From the human T2T-CHM13v2.0 reference genome, Homo sapiens, in assembly GCF_009914755.1 (NCBI RefSeq), contig NC_060945.1: a stretch of DNA of 64,000 nt; one strand, written 5' to 3'. Under the pieces are notes generated by a model that saw nothing but the letters and a program-made list of their open reading frames with translations, was not told the origin of the DNA and searched no databases. Made by a program: the position numbers and the translations under genes. Numbering within the stretch: position 1 is the stretch's first letter; each line of letters opens with the position of its first letter. Below, piece after piece: positions 12,955-27,100 of the stretch.

Positions 12955-13451
12955 CTTATTTATCCATCAGGGCTGTAATAAGAGGCATATAGCATATTCA
13001 AATAGGTAAGTGAACAAAATTTAATGAAAGAATTTACAACGGTAAAGGTAGAATTTAGTAAAAACCAAAGGGTGAGGAAGTCCCCCAGGCTAGCAAGAAC
13101 AGGAAGCCATTACTACCCTCAGGCCTACAAGGGCAAGGGAGGTAGCAGTCACGCAGCACCGGTAGCTGTGAACACAGGAGAGGATAAACAATAGGAGCTG
13201 TGGCCTTCCATGGAGGGAAAAAGTCACTGCCAACCCATGACCAAAGAGAGAAAGCTGGAGAAAAAAACTCCCCAAGCTCTCTCCTCCTACTCTCAGGCTT
13301 CCTTGTGGTGACTCTCATTTGCTTAACCCAACAGAAGATAGAGGACAAAGGAGCCCATTTGATGTAGTCGACAGAAGTCAAACTCCCAGGACAAGAGGAG
13401 CAGAGAAGGATGAAGAATGAATTAGAGAAGTAAACAAAGAAAGTCGGCACA
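12955..13451 (-). mobile_element. ERVL solo LTR (LTR33-like) inserted in the old L1
   Basis: ccaggctagcaagaacaggaagccattactaccctcaggcct and ggagcccatttgatgtagtc resemble LTR33; L1 sequence resumes after 13451. Confidence 0.65.
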
Positions 13452-13754
13452 TCTACTGTCATCAAAGACTGTGTAATTCCACTATTTAATACATGTACAA
13501 TAGAGATGTGTGTATATGTGCACCAGAAGTCACCTACAAGAATGTCCACTGCAGTATTATTCTCTCAGTTAAATGCTATATCTGGCTGCACAACTAGATT
13601 AGGACTGAGACCCTAACCACACATGTAGAAGCAGGGAGAAAGATGCAGTTGAGAAGCCCTTTGCCATCTGATATGCTTCCAAACAAGGGAAACTCAGCTT
13701 GGACACTGAAAGCATTTTGTATAAAATACTGTTTGTATGATATCCCCATGTCAC

Positions 13755-13797
13755 CACACACACACACATACAGACACACACACATACACACACACAT
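13755..13797. repeat. Imperfect (CA)n
   Basis: Direct reading. Confidence 0.85.
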
Positions 13798-14299
13798 AAC
13801 AAAAACAAAAAAAAACTTCCAGGGTTACTTTTCTCCTCAGTTAGCAGGTCAAAACTTTTCACGTGTGAAATACTTTTGCAAGGAGGCAGATGAAACGGGG
13901 GAGAAGGGATAACCTTGCCTTGCAGTCATCTATCAATTCACTGCAAGGAAGGAACAGAGAGCTTAGATATGAAGCATCAGGAGTTCTTCCCAAGACCCTT
14001 CTTGTCCCTTGGGAAGAGCCAGGAGCTGGAGGGGATGGCCTTCACTGAGAAGTGGCATCAAATTAGAACCTGCACAACAAATAGGAACCAGCTACTTAAA
14101 GATCCAGAGAAGTAGCCCTCTAGACTGAAGGATCAGCTCCTCAAATATCCTTTTTGATTTTGAACTCACAAGTTCAGGGGCATCCGAGGAACAGACACAA
14201 GCCAGGGCTGAACAATCTCATCTGTGTCCATGAGGTGGGCAAGAGCCAGATCCTACTGAGGAGTTTGAACTTAATCCCAAACATGGCGGGAAGCCATTG

Positions 14300-14860
14300 G
14301 GGCCAAAGATGAATTAGGGATTGTCTGATCTCCTTGACACGTTCTGAAGGTTTTGTGTACAGAAAAGGTTTGTCAACATGCACAAAGGAAAGCTGGGATA
14401 ACCAAGCTAAGACGCTACCGCATCATTCTAGGGGACGGGTGACTCATTCCAGGAGTTTCTGCAGGAAGACCTATCAGGACTGGTGATTGACTGGAGGCAG
14501 AGAGCACGAAAAAAGAACAATCAGAGATGATCTGTGGTTTGTGGTTGTTGTGTAATGTTAAGGCTTAACAACTGCGAAAATAGTGTTTTTACTTTACAGA
14601 GAAGAAGACTTGAAGAATACAAGATTGGGGAGAGCAGATCGGGATTTGTACTTTATATCAGACGTGCTCATAGATATACATGTTGAGATATCAGTTGGGA
14701 GCTGGATATATCAGGATTCGAGACTGGGAATCACCAGTTTATAGATGGTTTTTAAGCCATGTGATTGGATCTCATTTCTTAGTGGGGAGAAGTGAGATAA
14801 CAAATAAAAGCCAAGATTAAAGCTGAACCTTCAGCCTGCCCATCACTTAGAAGCCCAGCA
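14300..14860 (-). mobile_element. L2 fragment
   Basis: gagatatcagttgggagctggatata...ctgggaatcaccagtttatagatggtttttaagccatg is typical antisense L2. Confidence 0.6.
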
Positions 14861-15014
14861 GGGACAGAAGAGCCAGCCGACAGCACAGAGTCGAGGAGGA
14901 GGATTTCCGGGCTTCAGTGAGTGTGCATCAGAGATTCATGGACACAACTTAAAGTAAGACCAGCCACACAGTTCCCTTCATTTTCTCAAGCAACATTCAG
15001 CATCTCAAAGTGCG

Positions 15015-15210
15015 GCTACTACACACGGAGCCAAGCCCTGGTCCAGTTATCACAAAACCTTACTAGATATGTCGATTATTAGCTGCATTTTATAGCTAAA
15101 GGTAGGCAGGCACAGAGAAGTTACGTCTCTTGCCCACAGTCACAGCAAGCAAACAGACCTCAGACCAAAGTCTTTCTAACTCCTTATTTCACATCTAAAA
15201 CACTATGTGA
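15015..15210 (-). mobile_element. MIR
   Basis: cattttatag...ggcacagagaagttacgtctcttgcccacagtcacagc MIR core. Confidence 0.65.
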
Positions 15211-18200
15211 CGCCACCTCCAAAAAATGTGGGGGTTACTCTAGGACAAAAGAAGCTCATGAAAGCAAAGAGAGAAGCATAGAGCTTAAATTTAGAACAAT
15301 ATTCAGGGTGATTGGGAAAAATAGCCTCCATACAAATATAATCGGTTCATCACCAGGTGAATAAAATGAGAGAGGAACCTGGTACAAGTGAAGTTCATTG
15401 AATTTGCTTGCAAAAAAACATAATTCAAGTGTGGAAGTTTGGAAACTAAAATAGTAATCAGCTAAAGAAATTTTCAGGCCAACTTAGACACAATGGTGAC
15501 AAAGCTCCCCTGAGGAGACAGGAACTATACTACTTGCAACTCTAACTGAATGGACTTAACTTAGCAATTAAGATCACCGTAAGTTTGATCAGATAAGTAT
15601 TAAAGGGTGTCTTGGGTACATTTGCAGATTCAGACACTCTTAGTTGTGAAATTCTTCACCAAAAATTTGCAACTTATGGCTTGCACATTAAAAACATGAT
15701 ATGAATGAAATTCAGATATCTCTTGGTAAATTTTATAATTATTCCTCCCATCAGCTAAAGTTCTCAGTATGAAGGGTTATAACTGATGTCATATACAATA
15801 ACTACAAGCTGTATCATACAAAAATTGAGAATTTTCTATTATAGAAAGAGTTGCTTTAATCTAAACCTAAAGTAGCATCAATAATTTTTCGTAAGTGGTC
15901 CCCTTCCTATGAGTAAGCCCCCAGGAAAAATAAATTGCTTTTAAGAAATGCTGTAAGTAAGCTGTTTCATATATAAGTTTTGACAAGATCTGGCTACTTA
16001 AATTACAAGATATAAAATGAGATTTGTACTTTTTCTCAAATGTAAAAAAAAAAGATTTACTTCTGAAATAATGGTCTTTATAAAATATGCATTTTTGTTC
16101 CTTTTTCTTATCATATCTATAAATTTACTAATAAAAGATTCTATCTTGATTTACTAACATTTGAAAAGATTGATTATATTGGTATTGCAAGAAGAGGATA
16201 CCATAAATTAAAAATCCATATATTAACCATATTCTTTTATTTGCAATATGACAAATGATTGTGTAAAGTTATAATCAATAAAAGCTATTTGAAAGTCATA
16301 AAATGGATATTGCCATAACTGCTTTCCTAGCAAGGTTAAAACACTTTAACTATTTTTAATCAACTTACAGTGTAGTAGATCAAGCATATCTAAATATTTT
16401 ATTTTAATCAAGCAAATATATTTCTGCTGTTCCTATGACAGTATGAAAGTTTGGTTCAAAATATTTCCAAGGTATTTAACACAGTTCAGTAGAGGTCCTG
16501 TCTCATAAATCAATTTCAGATTAGATAAAAGGAAAAAGCAAATTCTTGTTTACTTCAGAATTTTTCAAGCCAGTTCCAAAGACAGAGTTGTTACTCTCAT
16601 GTGAATTTTCAGTAGAAAGCTGAACAACGACGTTGCTCTGACAATCTTTTTAAATACCATATGATGGAGACAGAATAACAAAAACAAAGTAGGTATAAGC
16701 TGTACGAAATTATTTCTCTTGGACATAAAATATGTTTGGGGAAGAAATGCATTGTTCCATATGGACTAGGGTAGTTACTTCTCAAAGTGGGAGCAACTCA
16801 GACTCTGAAAAATGGTTTCTCAAAGGAGGCATTGTGTCTGGGTGAGGCCAGTTTTCTAGTCAAAATCATTTTATTAAATGCCATTGGATTGAATGCTTCC
16901 AGGTTTGCTCTCTGAAATATGCCCTATCATTCTTAAAAAACACACTTAGGTAGCAAAAAGGGCACACTAAAAATAACGTGGGTTAATGTTTCTATCCTGC
17001 CTGTGTTTTCTAAGTAGCCCCTGCCTGAGCTTTCGACTTTTTTAAATGAACCATCAAATAGTTGGTTGTCTATCACAAATAAGCCATCTATTTTGTTATT
17101 CCTGTAACTTTTCGTAGAATCCAGAAAGTAACATTCTTGCTGATATATCTTATATAACACCAAGTCCATTTTCCAAATGAGGATTCCAATGAGTATTCAT
17201 CACCAACATCTCCCCGAAAAATATTTAGAAAAAACAGACTCAATCCTTTATCCAAAGTCAGTGAGTAAGAGGCGGGGGCCAGGGTTGGACAAAAATCTCT
17301 TTGGCCAGGAAGCCGGTGGTCACCCTGATCTACTTCTCTAAGCTCCCACCCCTGATGAATGTTCAATATCTGAGTTTCACCCCACTCATTATTGTAATTC
17401 TCCGTAAAACCCCAGTTACCCACACGGAATTCTCATCTACATCTAGCCCAATTTGCTACTGGATTTCAATGTTATTTCATATGAAAACAATCACTAACAG
17501 AAAGAACCTGGATCTGGTTTCGAAAACATAATTTGAAAGGAATTCATTCTGAAGGCTGCAAAAGCCCAGTGATGGCCCATCAGTACCCTGAATGGGCTTC
17601 TCAGGTGCCTCCACTCTCCTCCGTATGTCTCCATCCATCTCAGAATACATGTCTGGCTCTTCCTGCTCATAAACAGAAACAGAGAGTTCCGGGATCCAAA
17701 GGCAAGACTGCGATTTAAGAGACACTTTGTTTTTGTAGGTGTTCAAGGATTTGGAATCAAAGCAGCAGAATTATTAAAATTAATCCAATTTTCTTGCATT
17801 TATTTTGTTAGTTCATACCTCTAAAAGATATATTTTGGAAGGCACCCTTCAACCCACCCATTTACAAATCAAAGCTTTCTTTGGAATCCCTGAGACCAAA
17901 CCCAAGCTAGACAGTGACACACTGCCAGCTCCAGAGCCCTGCCCACCTGGAAGGGGTATGGAATGCACTATTTGACTTGAGCTCACATTTAATTACAGTG
18001 TCAAAAATCAAACTTAAATTGCTTTAATCAGCTTCCAACACTATGAGCCTTTCTGGCTTGAATTTCTATAAACAAAGAATAAATTCAAATCTGTCACAAA
18101 GTGGCAGCAACTTGTTGACCACTGGACTAGGAATCGTTATGCAACCATGGCTCACTGTGGAAAAAGTCAACATCTTCCTATATGTGACTCTTTTCTGATC

Positions 18201-19089
18201 TTTTCGGACTATTAGTCAACAGAATCATCATAAAGCTAAATTATCTATCTGCACTGAAATTACTCAGCCTCAGACATCCAAACCAGTAGCTGTTCACCAA
18301 TGAAACCTGAATAAAGCTGTTGCTGACTTTCCCTGCTTCAATTTAGAGTATTTTTGGAAACATCATTGCATGTTTAAAATATAATAAGCAAAAGGACCTT
18401 TGGTAATTAAACATTCTGTAATTTAAAACTCCAAAAGACAGGAGCAGTGATAAGATATTAGATTTTCTTTACTGGGGTGAAAAAGACAGAAAGTGGTTAA
18501 CTGTTTAAAAAAAGAAAGAAAGAAAGAAATCCAAGGATTTTTAGAGCCAGAAACAGTAACAGTGTCCTTTATTCTGGAAATGTTTAAAAGCCTGTAAGCA
18601 GAGATCACCCAGTTCATCCTGAGCATTGGTGAGCAAATAACTTCTGAAATGCTCTTGAAAGAGAATTCTCCAGCCTTCTCTGTTTGAAATACTTCCTAAA
18701 GCAAACACAAAAGTGGGCAAAACACAAGAGCTCATGTTAATTCCAAACAAAGAGACCAACAGTCGCAAATTGAGAGTCCATCTTAGAAGCGGGTGCTGCT
18801 TCCACATCAAGCAACTATTGGAAAGAGTAGGGGTAGATGCAGAATTAAGATCATTTGTGACTACAGAAAGAGACAAGAAAATTAATTTTTAAAACTAAAA
18901 GAGAAATTTATTTCAGATAATCCAAGGAAATGAGCAGAGTCAACCTAACAGGATTCTCAAGCCCCTCCCTACTGGTGTGGTGTGAAGATCACACGTGGTG
19001 TAGCTGACACCCCTCACATCTTCCCCGCGCCCCTCCTGCCACCTCTTTTTGGCATTCACCCTCTCTCGGGTTCTGTATCCCTGCCCATG

Positions 19090-19430
19090 TTCTCCATGAA
19101 AGGCCATGTTAATGCCCATGCTCTTTCCTGCCTCTAACAGACGATGCCTTCCACAGTCACTCAAGCTTTAACCCTCTTCTGGATTCGGACCTGTACATCC
19201 AAAAGCCTGCCAGACATCTCTTCCAGATGCTCTCAGAGCACATGACCAGAAGCACGCGCAAAGCTCTCCTGAGCCTCAGTGCTTTCCCTCCAACACTTCT
19301 TCCACTCTCTCAGTTACCGAGCCAAGACACAGAGTTGCTTGTGAGTCATTTCTCTACCTCATCCCCCACCCAACCTTCCTGCGAGATCCTGCTCACGTTA
19401 CCTCCTAAATGCTGTTACGTGACTTCAACC
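19090..19430 (+). mobile_element. L2 fragment
   Basis: gcctgccagacatctcttccagatg...gagtcatttctctacctc...ttacctcctaaat. Confidence 0.5.
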
Positions 19431-21029
19431 ACGTCAGCTTTTTATGGGGGAGGAGAGGCACCTGCATATCTGTGGGAGCACCAACCTCTAGACATCTCCT
19501 GCCAAGTTACTGCAATGTGCAGAAAAGAGGAAGAAAGCAAGCCCAAGTCGCAAAGTCTTTGCCAGTCCTTCTACCAACCACACCTTCGGTGGAGATGTGG
19601 GTCTGTGGAAATGCAGAGACGGACTGAAAGCCAAATGGGCCAATGAGAGCTCTGAACAAAACATTAAGCTTGTTTTTCTTTAAGGCAATACGATTAACAG
19701 TGGTCCATTAAGAATCCGTTTAAAAATAATAATAATAATACCTTTTCTGACTATTGTTGGGGAAGAATAACTCCTTTATGGGGAGTATGAACTCAAAGAC
19801 ATGATATTGTAAAGGAGGCCTTGAAGAAGAGAGGGACTAAGAAATGTGATGGCGTGGTCTGTTACATGTGCAGGTGCTGTGTGTGAGGGAAGCACTGAGG
19901 ACCACTGGAGGATGAGGGATGCTCTGTCCTTCTCGGGTATGGCTGAAGGACAGGGATTGCCCATCAAGGAGTAAATAATCCATGAGTGGACTAAATTCTT
20001 TAGAAACAGGAACTCAAATCCAGTAGGGATTAGGATAAAAATGTAAACTCTAATTTGCACCTCTCCCTCTCTCCCCTAAGTAGTCCGTTTCTATAATTTT
20101 ATACTAAATCAATTAAATGTATCTGCTATAATATTAATCATAATTTTGTCTGAAGTAGTAACAACTGGAAACTACCTAAAAGAGTCAGAGCAGGACTGTA
20201 AGACTATATTGTAGTCTACACTATGTCACAGCGGACTGCATCATGATAGAGAACGATACTCATGATTTAACTGATAAACACATATGGCAATGAATAAAAC
20301 TGTGAGTAAGATGTCTTTAATTTTAGCAAAATTATCTTCATTCTAATTTTCAAGTAAACTTAAAGATTTATATATAAATGCACATAATTTAATTAAAATA
20401 CATGCATATATTAACTAGAAGGCTAATCCCCCAAAATGTCCATAGATGTTATTTCTGAGTGAGGAGGGTCAGGAAGGTTTTAATTTTCTTTGTACTAACT
20501 CTATTTACTAAAATGTCCACCTGGATTAACGTTATAATAAAAATGTTACTGTTTAAAATAAAATGAATAAAATACACCGGTATGAAGGTATTATTAGAAC
20601 ATACGAAAGTACAAAATCAAGCAGCAAAAGGAGGAAATTATATTAAGAACTGAAAAAACTATGTTGAGAATTCTGTCTAAGAAACGCTGTAGCAATTAAG
20701 AAAAATCCCAGTTCTGCAAGTAATGGGAGAAAGATGATGACTTCCAGAACTTTCACCATCTACTAAGATGTTCACCAATTCCTAAGAAGGGACTGAATAC
20801 GTCTGCATCCTCAGATCTGAGAGTAATTTTCCACGACGCATACTGAGCACCATAATGAGTGAAGTCTCTGAGATGACCTCTCTGACCTCTCTAAAACAAT
20901 CAGGCACTGCAAACATGGCCTATCCCACACTAGCCCTTGGTGAAATTCAAGGGCATAATATTAGACTGAAACAGTGAGAAGAAGATTCGACATGGAGTGC
21001 GGCAAGAATGTGTTCTAGTCCTTGAAGGC

Positions 21030-21200
21030 CAGCGCTATTCCAAGTGTGGTCTCAGACCAGCAGCCTCAGCTGCAGCTGGGGGCTTGGAAATGGAAACGTA
21101 TGTGCTACGTCCTGGACCTGTGGAATCAGAATCTCTGAGGTGGACCAGGAATCTGTGTTTTTAAAACCCTGTGGTTGGTAACTTCCTGCTGGCTGAGGAC
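21030..21200. mobile_element. MER5A-like hAT-Charlie
   Basis: caagtgtggtctcagaccagcagc...gaatcagaatctctgaggtggaccaggaatctgtgtttttaa. Confidence 0.75.
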
Positions 21201-21658
21201 AGAGAGAATGCTTAGTGAACGCTGAGGAATGACGGGTTAAATAATCCCTGAATGATTCCTGAGCGGATCAATTTCTCAGCCAGAGTTTTGACCGCAGCTG
21301 ATGATGAACAGGGCTGTGACCACCAGGAAGGGTCTGAAGAGGAGGCATTGATTGCAGTTTTCTGCCTCTGATCCTCATGCATGGAGCCCCACCCCCCAAC
21401 TCTCTTACACGGAGGCCAAAGAAAAAGCTGGAATTCTCCAGGAGAGCAGGACCTGTTAAACAGCAAAGGGCAACCCAAAATTGTATGAGTGGCCTTGCCC
21501 TGAGAAGCTTTGAAGCCAGAGGTTACTGAACAACTACCCTGGTTAAAACCCTAACGTGACAATGATAACATGTGACTGTATGTGGCTGTCTTCAAAACAG
21601 CAATGATTTAGGCACAACGTGGATCTCAGATTGTTCCGTGAGTTTGGTCTGATAAGAT

Positions 21659-22160
21659 TGTATGCGTTTCCCAGGGGTGCCATAACAAAGTGCCACACCC
21701 TGGGCGGCTTCCGCCACCGAAATGTATTTTCTCACAGCTCTGAGGTCGAAAGTCCAAGATCAAGGTGTCAGCAGGGCTGGTTCCTTTTGAGGCTGTGAGG
21801 GAGGATCTGTTCTAGGCTCTCTCTCCCCCAGCTTCTGGGGGCTGCTGCAGTCTTTGGTGTTCCTTGGTCTATAGAAGCATCATCCCAATCTCTGCTTTTG
21901 CGTTCACATGGCCTTCTCCTCATATACCTGTCTGTCTCCAAATTTCCTCTTCTCATAAGGACACCAAGCACTGGATTAGGGGTCCACCCTACTACATCTG
22001 CAATAACCCTATTTCCAAATAAGGTCACATTTTGAGGGACCAGCTAAATACAAAACATTAGCCAGGCATGGTGGTGGGCACCTGTAGTTCCAGCTACTCA
22101 GGAGAATCACTTGAACCTGGATTAGAACTTCACAATTACTGACACGATTCAACCCATATT
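21659..22160 (-). mobile_element. MLT1C-like MaLR solo LTR, interrupted by an Alu fragment at 22044-22120
   Basis: gccataacaaagtgccaca...aagtccaagatcaaggtgtcagcaggg...ccctatttccaaataaggtcacat...gacacgattcaacccata. Confidence 0.85.
22044..22120 (+). mobile_element. 77-bp internal Alu fragment without poly-A or TSD
   Basis: Alu linker plus start of right arm; 58/59 identical to 23577-23635. Confidence 0.9.
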
Positions 22161-22184
22161 AGGTTGTTTAGTATTATACATTAG

Positions 22185-22519
<335 letters not shown>

Positions 22520-22779
22520 CATAGCAAACTTTTGTAAACATAACTATTTATTAAAATTTGGTATAATTAATATTTAAATATCCTTTCTGGCAAGATTTAG
22601 CCAGTTTTTTAAGCTTCATTGAGAGAACCACAATATTAGCATTAATAATAGAATGGTCTATTAATTTTTTAAAAAGATACTATGTCTGCATTTCCAATAT
22701 AAAATTCACAGCAATGATTCAGGTAGAAATTAAATGAGGATGTCATTGTCAACCTTTTAAATTATATTACAGGAGCAGG

Positions 22780-23330
22780 GAGCACACGGGCCCTGAGGTA
22801 GAAATGAATAAGGAATATTCTAGAACCACCAAGAAGCCAGTGTGGCCACAGCAGAGTGAGCCAGTGGTGCTGGAGGCAGGTGAGATCTTGAAGGGCCTTG
22901 GCAACATGAACAGGAGCTTGGATTTTATCCACATTGCCGAGGGAAGTATGAGGTGGTGTTTAGCAGGGCATAAATCTCATCTGATCTGTACTTTGAGGAA
23001 AACACTCTGACTTCTGTGTGGAGAACAGTCTATAGGAAGCCAAGAGGAGAGGCAGGGAGATGAGGGAGGGGTGACTTCAGTCTCCAGGAGAATGAGCTAG
23101 TGATGTGAATTAAGGTGCTGGTGGTGGAGGAAGTGAGGTGGAGAACTGGACACTGGGATCTATTTTGAAGAGGGAGCCTACAGAACTTGTTGGTGGATGG
23201 CTATGAGGGAAAGAGGATTAAAGAATGATGCTAGGCATTTGGGCTTAAACAAACCCCTGAGTAAATGGTTATCCTATTATTAATACTAAGATGGGTAATG
23301 CTAGGGAAGGAGTAGCCTTGGGGAGCAGTG
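22780..23330 (-). mobile_element. L2 fragment
   Basis: aagaagccagtgtggccacagcagagtgag...ggagcttggattttatcc...actctgacttctgtgtggagaa. Confidence 0.7.
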
Positions 23331-23388
23331 ATGAGTTATTTTCTTAGAGAGAAGCCACGTTACCTATAGGAGGCTCAACAGAGTATCA

Positions 23389-23759
<371 letters not shown>

Positions 23760-23819
23760 CCATGGGAAAGAACAATTGAGGAAACTGGGGACTTGTCCTG
23801 GAACAGAAGACACGAGGAC

Positions 23820-24131
23820 TTTTGGTTTTTTAGTTTTGTTTTTGTTTTTGAGACAGAGTCTTGCTCTGTTGCCTGAGCTGGAGTGCAATGGTGCGAACTC
23901 AGCTCACTGCAACCTCCGCCTCCTGTATTCAAGTGATTCTCCCACCTTTGCCTCCTGAGTAGCTGAGACTATAGGCGCACACCACCATGCCCAGCTAATT
24001 TTTGCATTTTTAGTAGAGAGAGGGTTTCATCGTGTTGGCCAGGCTGTCCTCAAACTCCTGACCTCAAGTGATCCACCCGCCTCGGCCTCCCAAAGTGCCG
24101 GGATTGCAGAAGTGAGCCACTGCGTCCAGCA
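23820..24131 (-). mobile_element. AluS (Sx/Sz-like) full length
   Basis: T-rich tail followed by gagacagagtcttgctctgttgcc...gtgagccactgcgtccagc. Confidence 0.95.
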
Positions 24132-27100
24132 AGAATGAGGTTTGAAGGGAGGCATGATTGTGTTCTCTTCAAATAGTTGAAAGGTTCCATTTGAAAAAGG
24201 GATTTACTTATTCCTATGGTTCTAGTAAGTTGCAGAGGGTGGATCTAAGACCATTGGGTGAACTTTACAGAGAGGCCAGAAAGCCTTCTCCAGGGGAAGA
24301 AAGTCAAGAAAAGGTCTCAAAACTGTCTGGCAGAATTCTGCACAGGAGAGTCCTCAATTCGGTGTAGAATTGGCAAGTATAATAACTGTAAATCCCTCTC
24401 AATCTACCATCTACATCATTAGGCGACATCTTCATTTCCTGAAAATTCCAACACATGAAGGCTCACTTACTATCAAGATGAGCAAGTTTGTGCTACATAG
24501 TGAATTTGATTTCAATAGGACTCATTTTATACCTTTTAAGAGTCTTTAAAACGTTGAAAATGTAAAGATCTGCAAGAGCAACTGATCTTCAAAGTCCCGT
24601 CGAGTCACAGGATTTTGTAATGATGTCTAAAGAGGAAAATTCCCATTTCAGAAAAGGCTCAATAGTATTTAATAGTTAGCTCAAAAGGACGAATAAAGTT
24701 CTACATGGGAAGCTGCTGAACTAGAGTCAGGCCAAACCTTCATACTCGGAGAAGATGACTGGGCCTGTAGACACAGATATTGATGATAAATCATCACAAA
24801 CCACAGCTTTCCTTAATTGGGGTGGTGGGCAGGGAGAGCAGGCTTCAGGTTGGCCTTCCTCCAGCAAGGGCACACACACAAAGGGGACCTGAACACGTGG
24901 AGCTTATGGTCAGGAAGCCTGAAGTGCCTGACCCAGCACATCTGGTGACTAGTAGTGTAGATTCCCCACAGAAGGAATGACAAGGCGTCATTATTCAAAG
25001 TGACCTTCCCTCCATTGGAATAATCAGAAACAGCTCACAAATAAAGTAATCTGTAAGATGCTTCATCTTCTCTAGGTAACCTCTCCCCAACATGATGACA
25101 TCACTTCACATGAGGCGACATGGTTTTGTGAGGACTTTTCTTTCCTTCCAAGTTTGGAATCTGGCTGAAGGCTAAAATCACCATTTACAGTGTTTGAGCC
25201 CTCCTTGACACTTTGAAGAAGGGTCTGTGTAAATAGCCATTCCTACTTCTCAGACTCGCCAGAGGCAAAACCTGTTTTGCTTTGGTAGTACACGCTCTTC
25301 CTTAACTGGTAAAAGACTTTAAAAAAAAATAAGATGCCATTTTTAATTGTTTCATAAATCTGGCTTAGATATATTAAGGAAATTGCTATTTTATATGTAG
25401 AACAGCGGCAAGCAAATCTCAAGAGATTAAAAATCATGTTCTTGTGGTTTTCTTTTAGAAGCTGCAAATTTGAATTCAATTTAAAAAATCATGGCACAGG
25501 GACAAAATAAGAATGAACAAAGATGGGAAAAATGTCCGCAGCATTCTGCAGAGTCAAGCGCTGCTGTGAGTGAGTGTGCATGTTTCCAATTACACATCAG
25601 GGCTTGGCGAGCTCCAGGAGTCAAATTCAGACAGAACCCAAGTGCAGTGCGTTACACAGAACCCAGGCCAGGAAAAGCTTCACAGAGTCTTTCTTTCAAC
25701 TGAGGCAATTGTGTAGACAATTTGGTTCATTTCAAGAAAAAAATAAAACTGACAGAAGAAAGAAAAATATTATTATATTTTGCCTCTCAAAACAAAGTCA
25801 AATTGTGTTGGTGTATAAATCAAGATTCAGTATTTCCTTGGCTGCTTCCAGAATAATAGTAGATCACAAAGAGAATAAGAACAAGAAAGTTCAGTTCTCA
25901 GCCAGACGATCCAAGGTAACAAAGGGTGAGACCCTCATTCCGTTACTCACAGGAGCAAACAGACAACCAATAATAATTGGGCACATGGGGGTTTCAACAA
26001 GATAAACTGTTATGTGAGTCCAGGGTGCTAATTTCTGGATTCTTTTGAGTTGCAAGGAAAATATATACCGATTCCCCACCCCCACCCACCCACATAACAA
26101 GACACAATAGTTAACAGCTGGAAGACTGTGGTTAGGGGGAAATGTGATTGTAGGCTTCCATTTCAAATGATGGAAAATCATTTCTGAAGTCACTACGAAA
26201 GTTACTTCACAAAACTAAAAGAAGCCTTGACACCTTGTGTTATCCCATCATCTAAAGCAATTCTAGTTTGGAAACACTTGATTCTTGGCAGGGGATTCTA
26301 AAGAAGGTGCCGTATGTGAAAGGCTGGTGTGTCAGAAGGAGCTTTAAGGAACTGGAATGAGAACAGCCAAAAGCTAAGATTTCTGATTATAATCACAGGT
26401 CTGGATGTGTTCAAGGTAAAAAGAGATCATCCCCATCATTTGCAATATTTTCAAGAGAATGGGGCTTTAGTGACACTGATCAAAGTCTGACATGGATTTT
26501 CAGCTGCCTTCCAACTCCACATACCTGCAATTCAATGATCTCTATGGATAGTAGAAGTAACTGCCACCCTGATGTTCTCATCGGTGATTTATACGTGAAG
26601 TGGACTCAAAAGAAATACAACGAAATCCCTTAATAAAAATTATGTCCATTGACCCAACAAGCTTCCCAGTGCTGTATCAGTTCTCAACCGATTTTAGAGA
26701 CATTTGGTCAAAAATGATCTACTTGTAATAAGCCATCTGAGGGCACTAGCTCTTTTTCACCTCTGTGTTCCTTGAAGCAGGAAGTCAGTAAAATCACTAT
26801 TGAATTAAAATGAAGTAAAGCACTTTGAGATTTCAGATTTCTAAATTAAGGAACACACAACATACGGTACTTTATTTGCACAAGAATTATTAGAACCCAG
26901 GGCTAACACCCAAATGAGGTCACAGGTAAATGAAAATCTGTCTCAGTTATTTGAACTCAGGTCAACACACAGACAGAGCAAAGCACCAGCTGACCTCTGA
27001 TGCACAACCCAGTGTTCTTACCATAGAATTCCAGAAGGCATCTCAGTCATTCTCTTATGTAAATACAAAGACGACAACTGGTTTAAAAATTCATTTATTT

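Noticed and set aside
17118-17260. Plus-strand exon-like segment (ttttcgtag|...|gtgagt, 143 nt)
   Set aside because: Stops in all three frames and no partner exon found; could only be an antisense lncRNA exon, which sequence alone cannot support
17477-18876. Minus-strand ORFs and acceptor-like tracts (~17660, ~18695, ~18860)
   Set aside because: No strong matching donors and no recognisable peptide
25243-26193. Minus-strand ORFs with possible splice sites (donor gtgagt at 25950; acceptors near 25305/25316 and 26041)
   Set aside because: Weak acceptor at 26041, no recognisable protein similarity, compatible with chance
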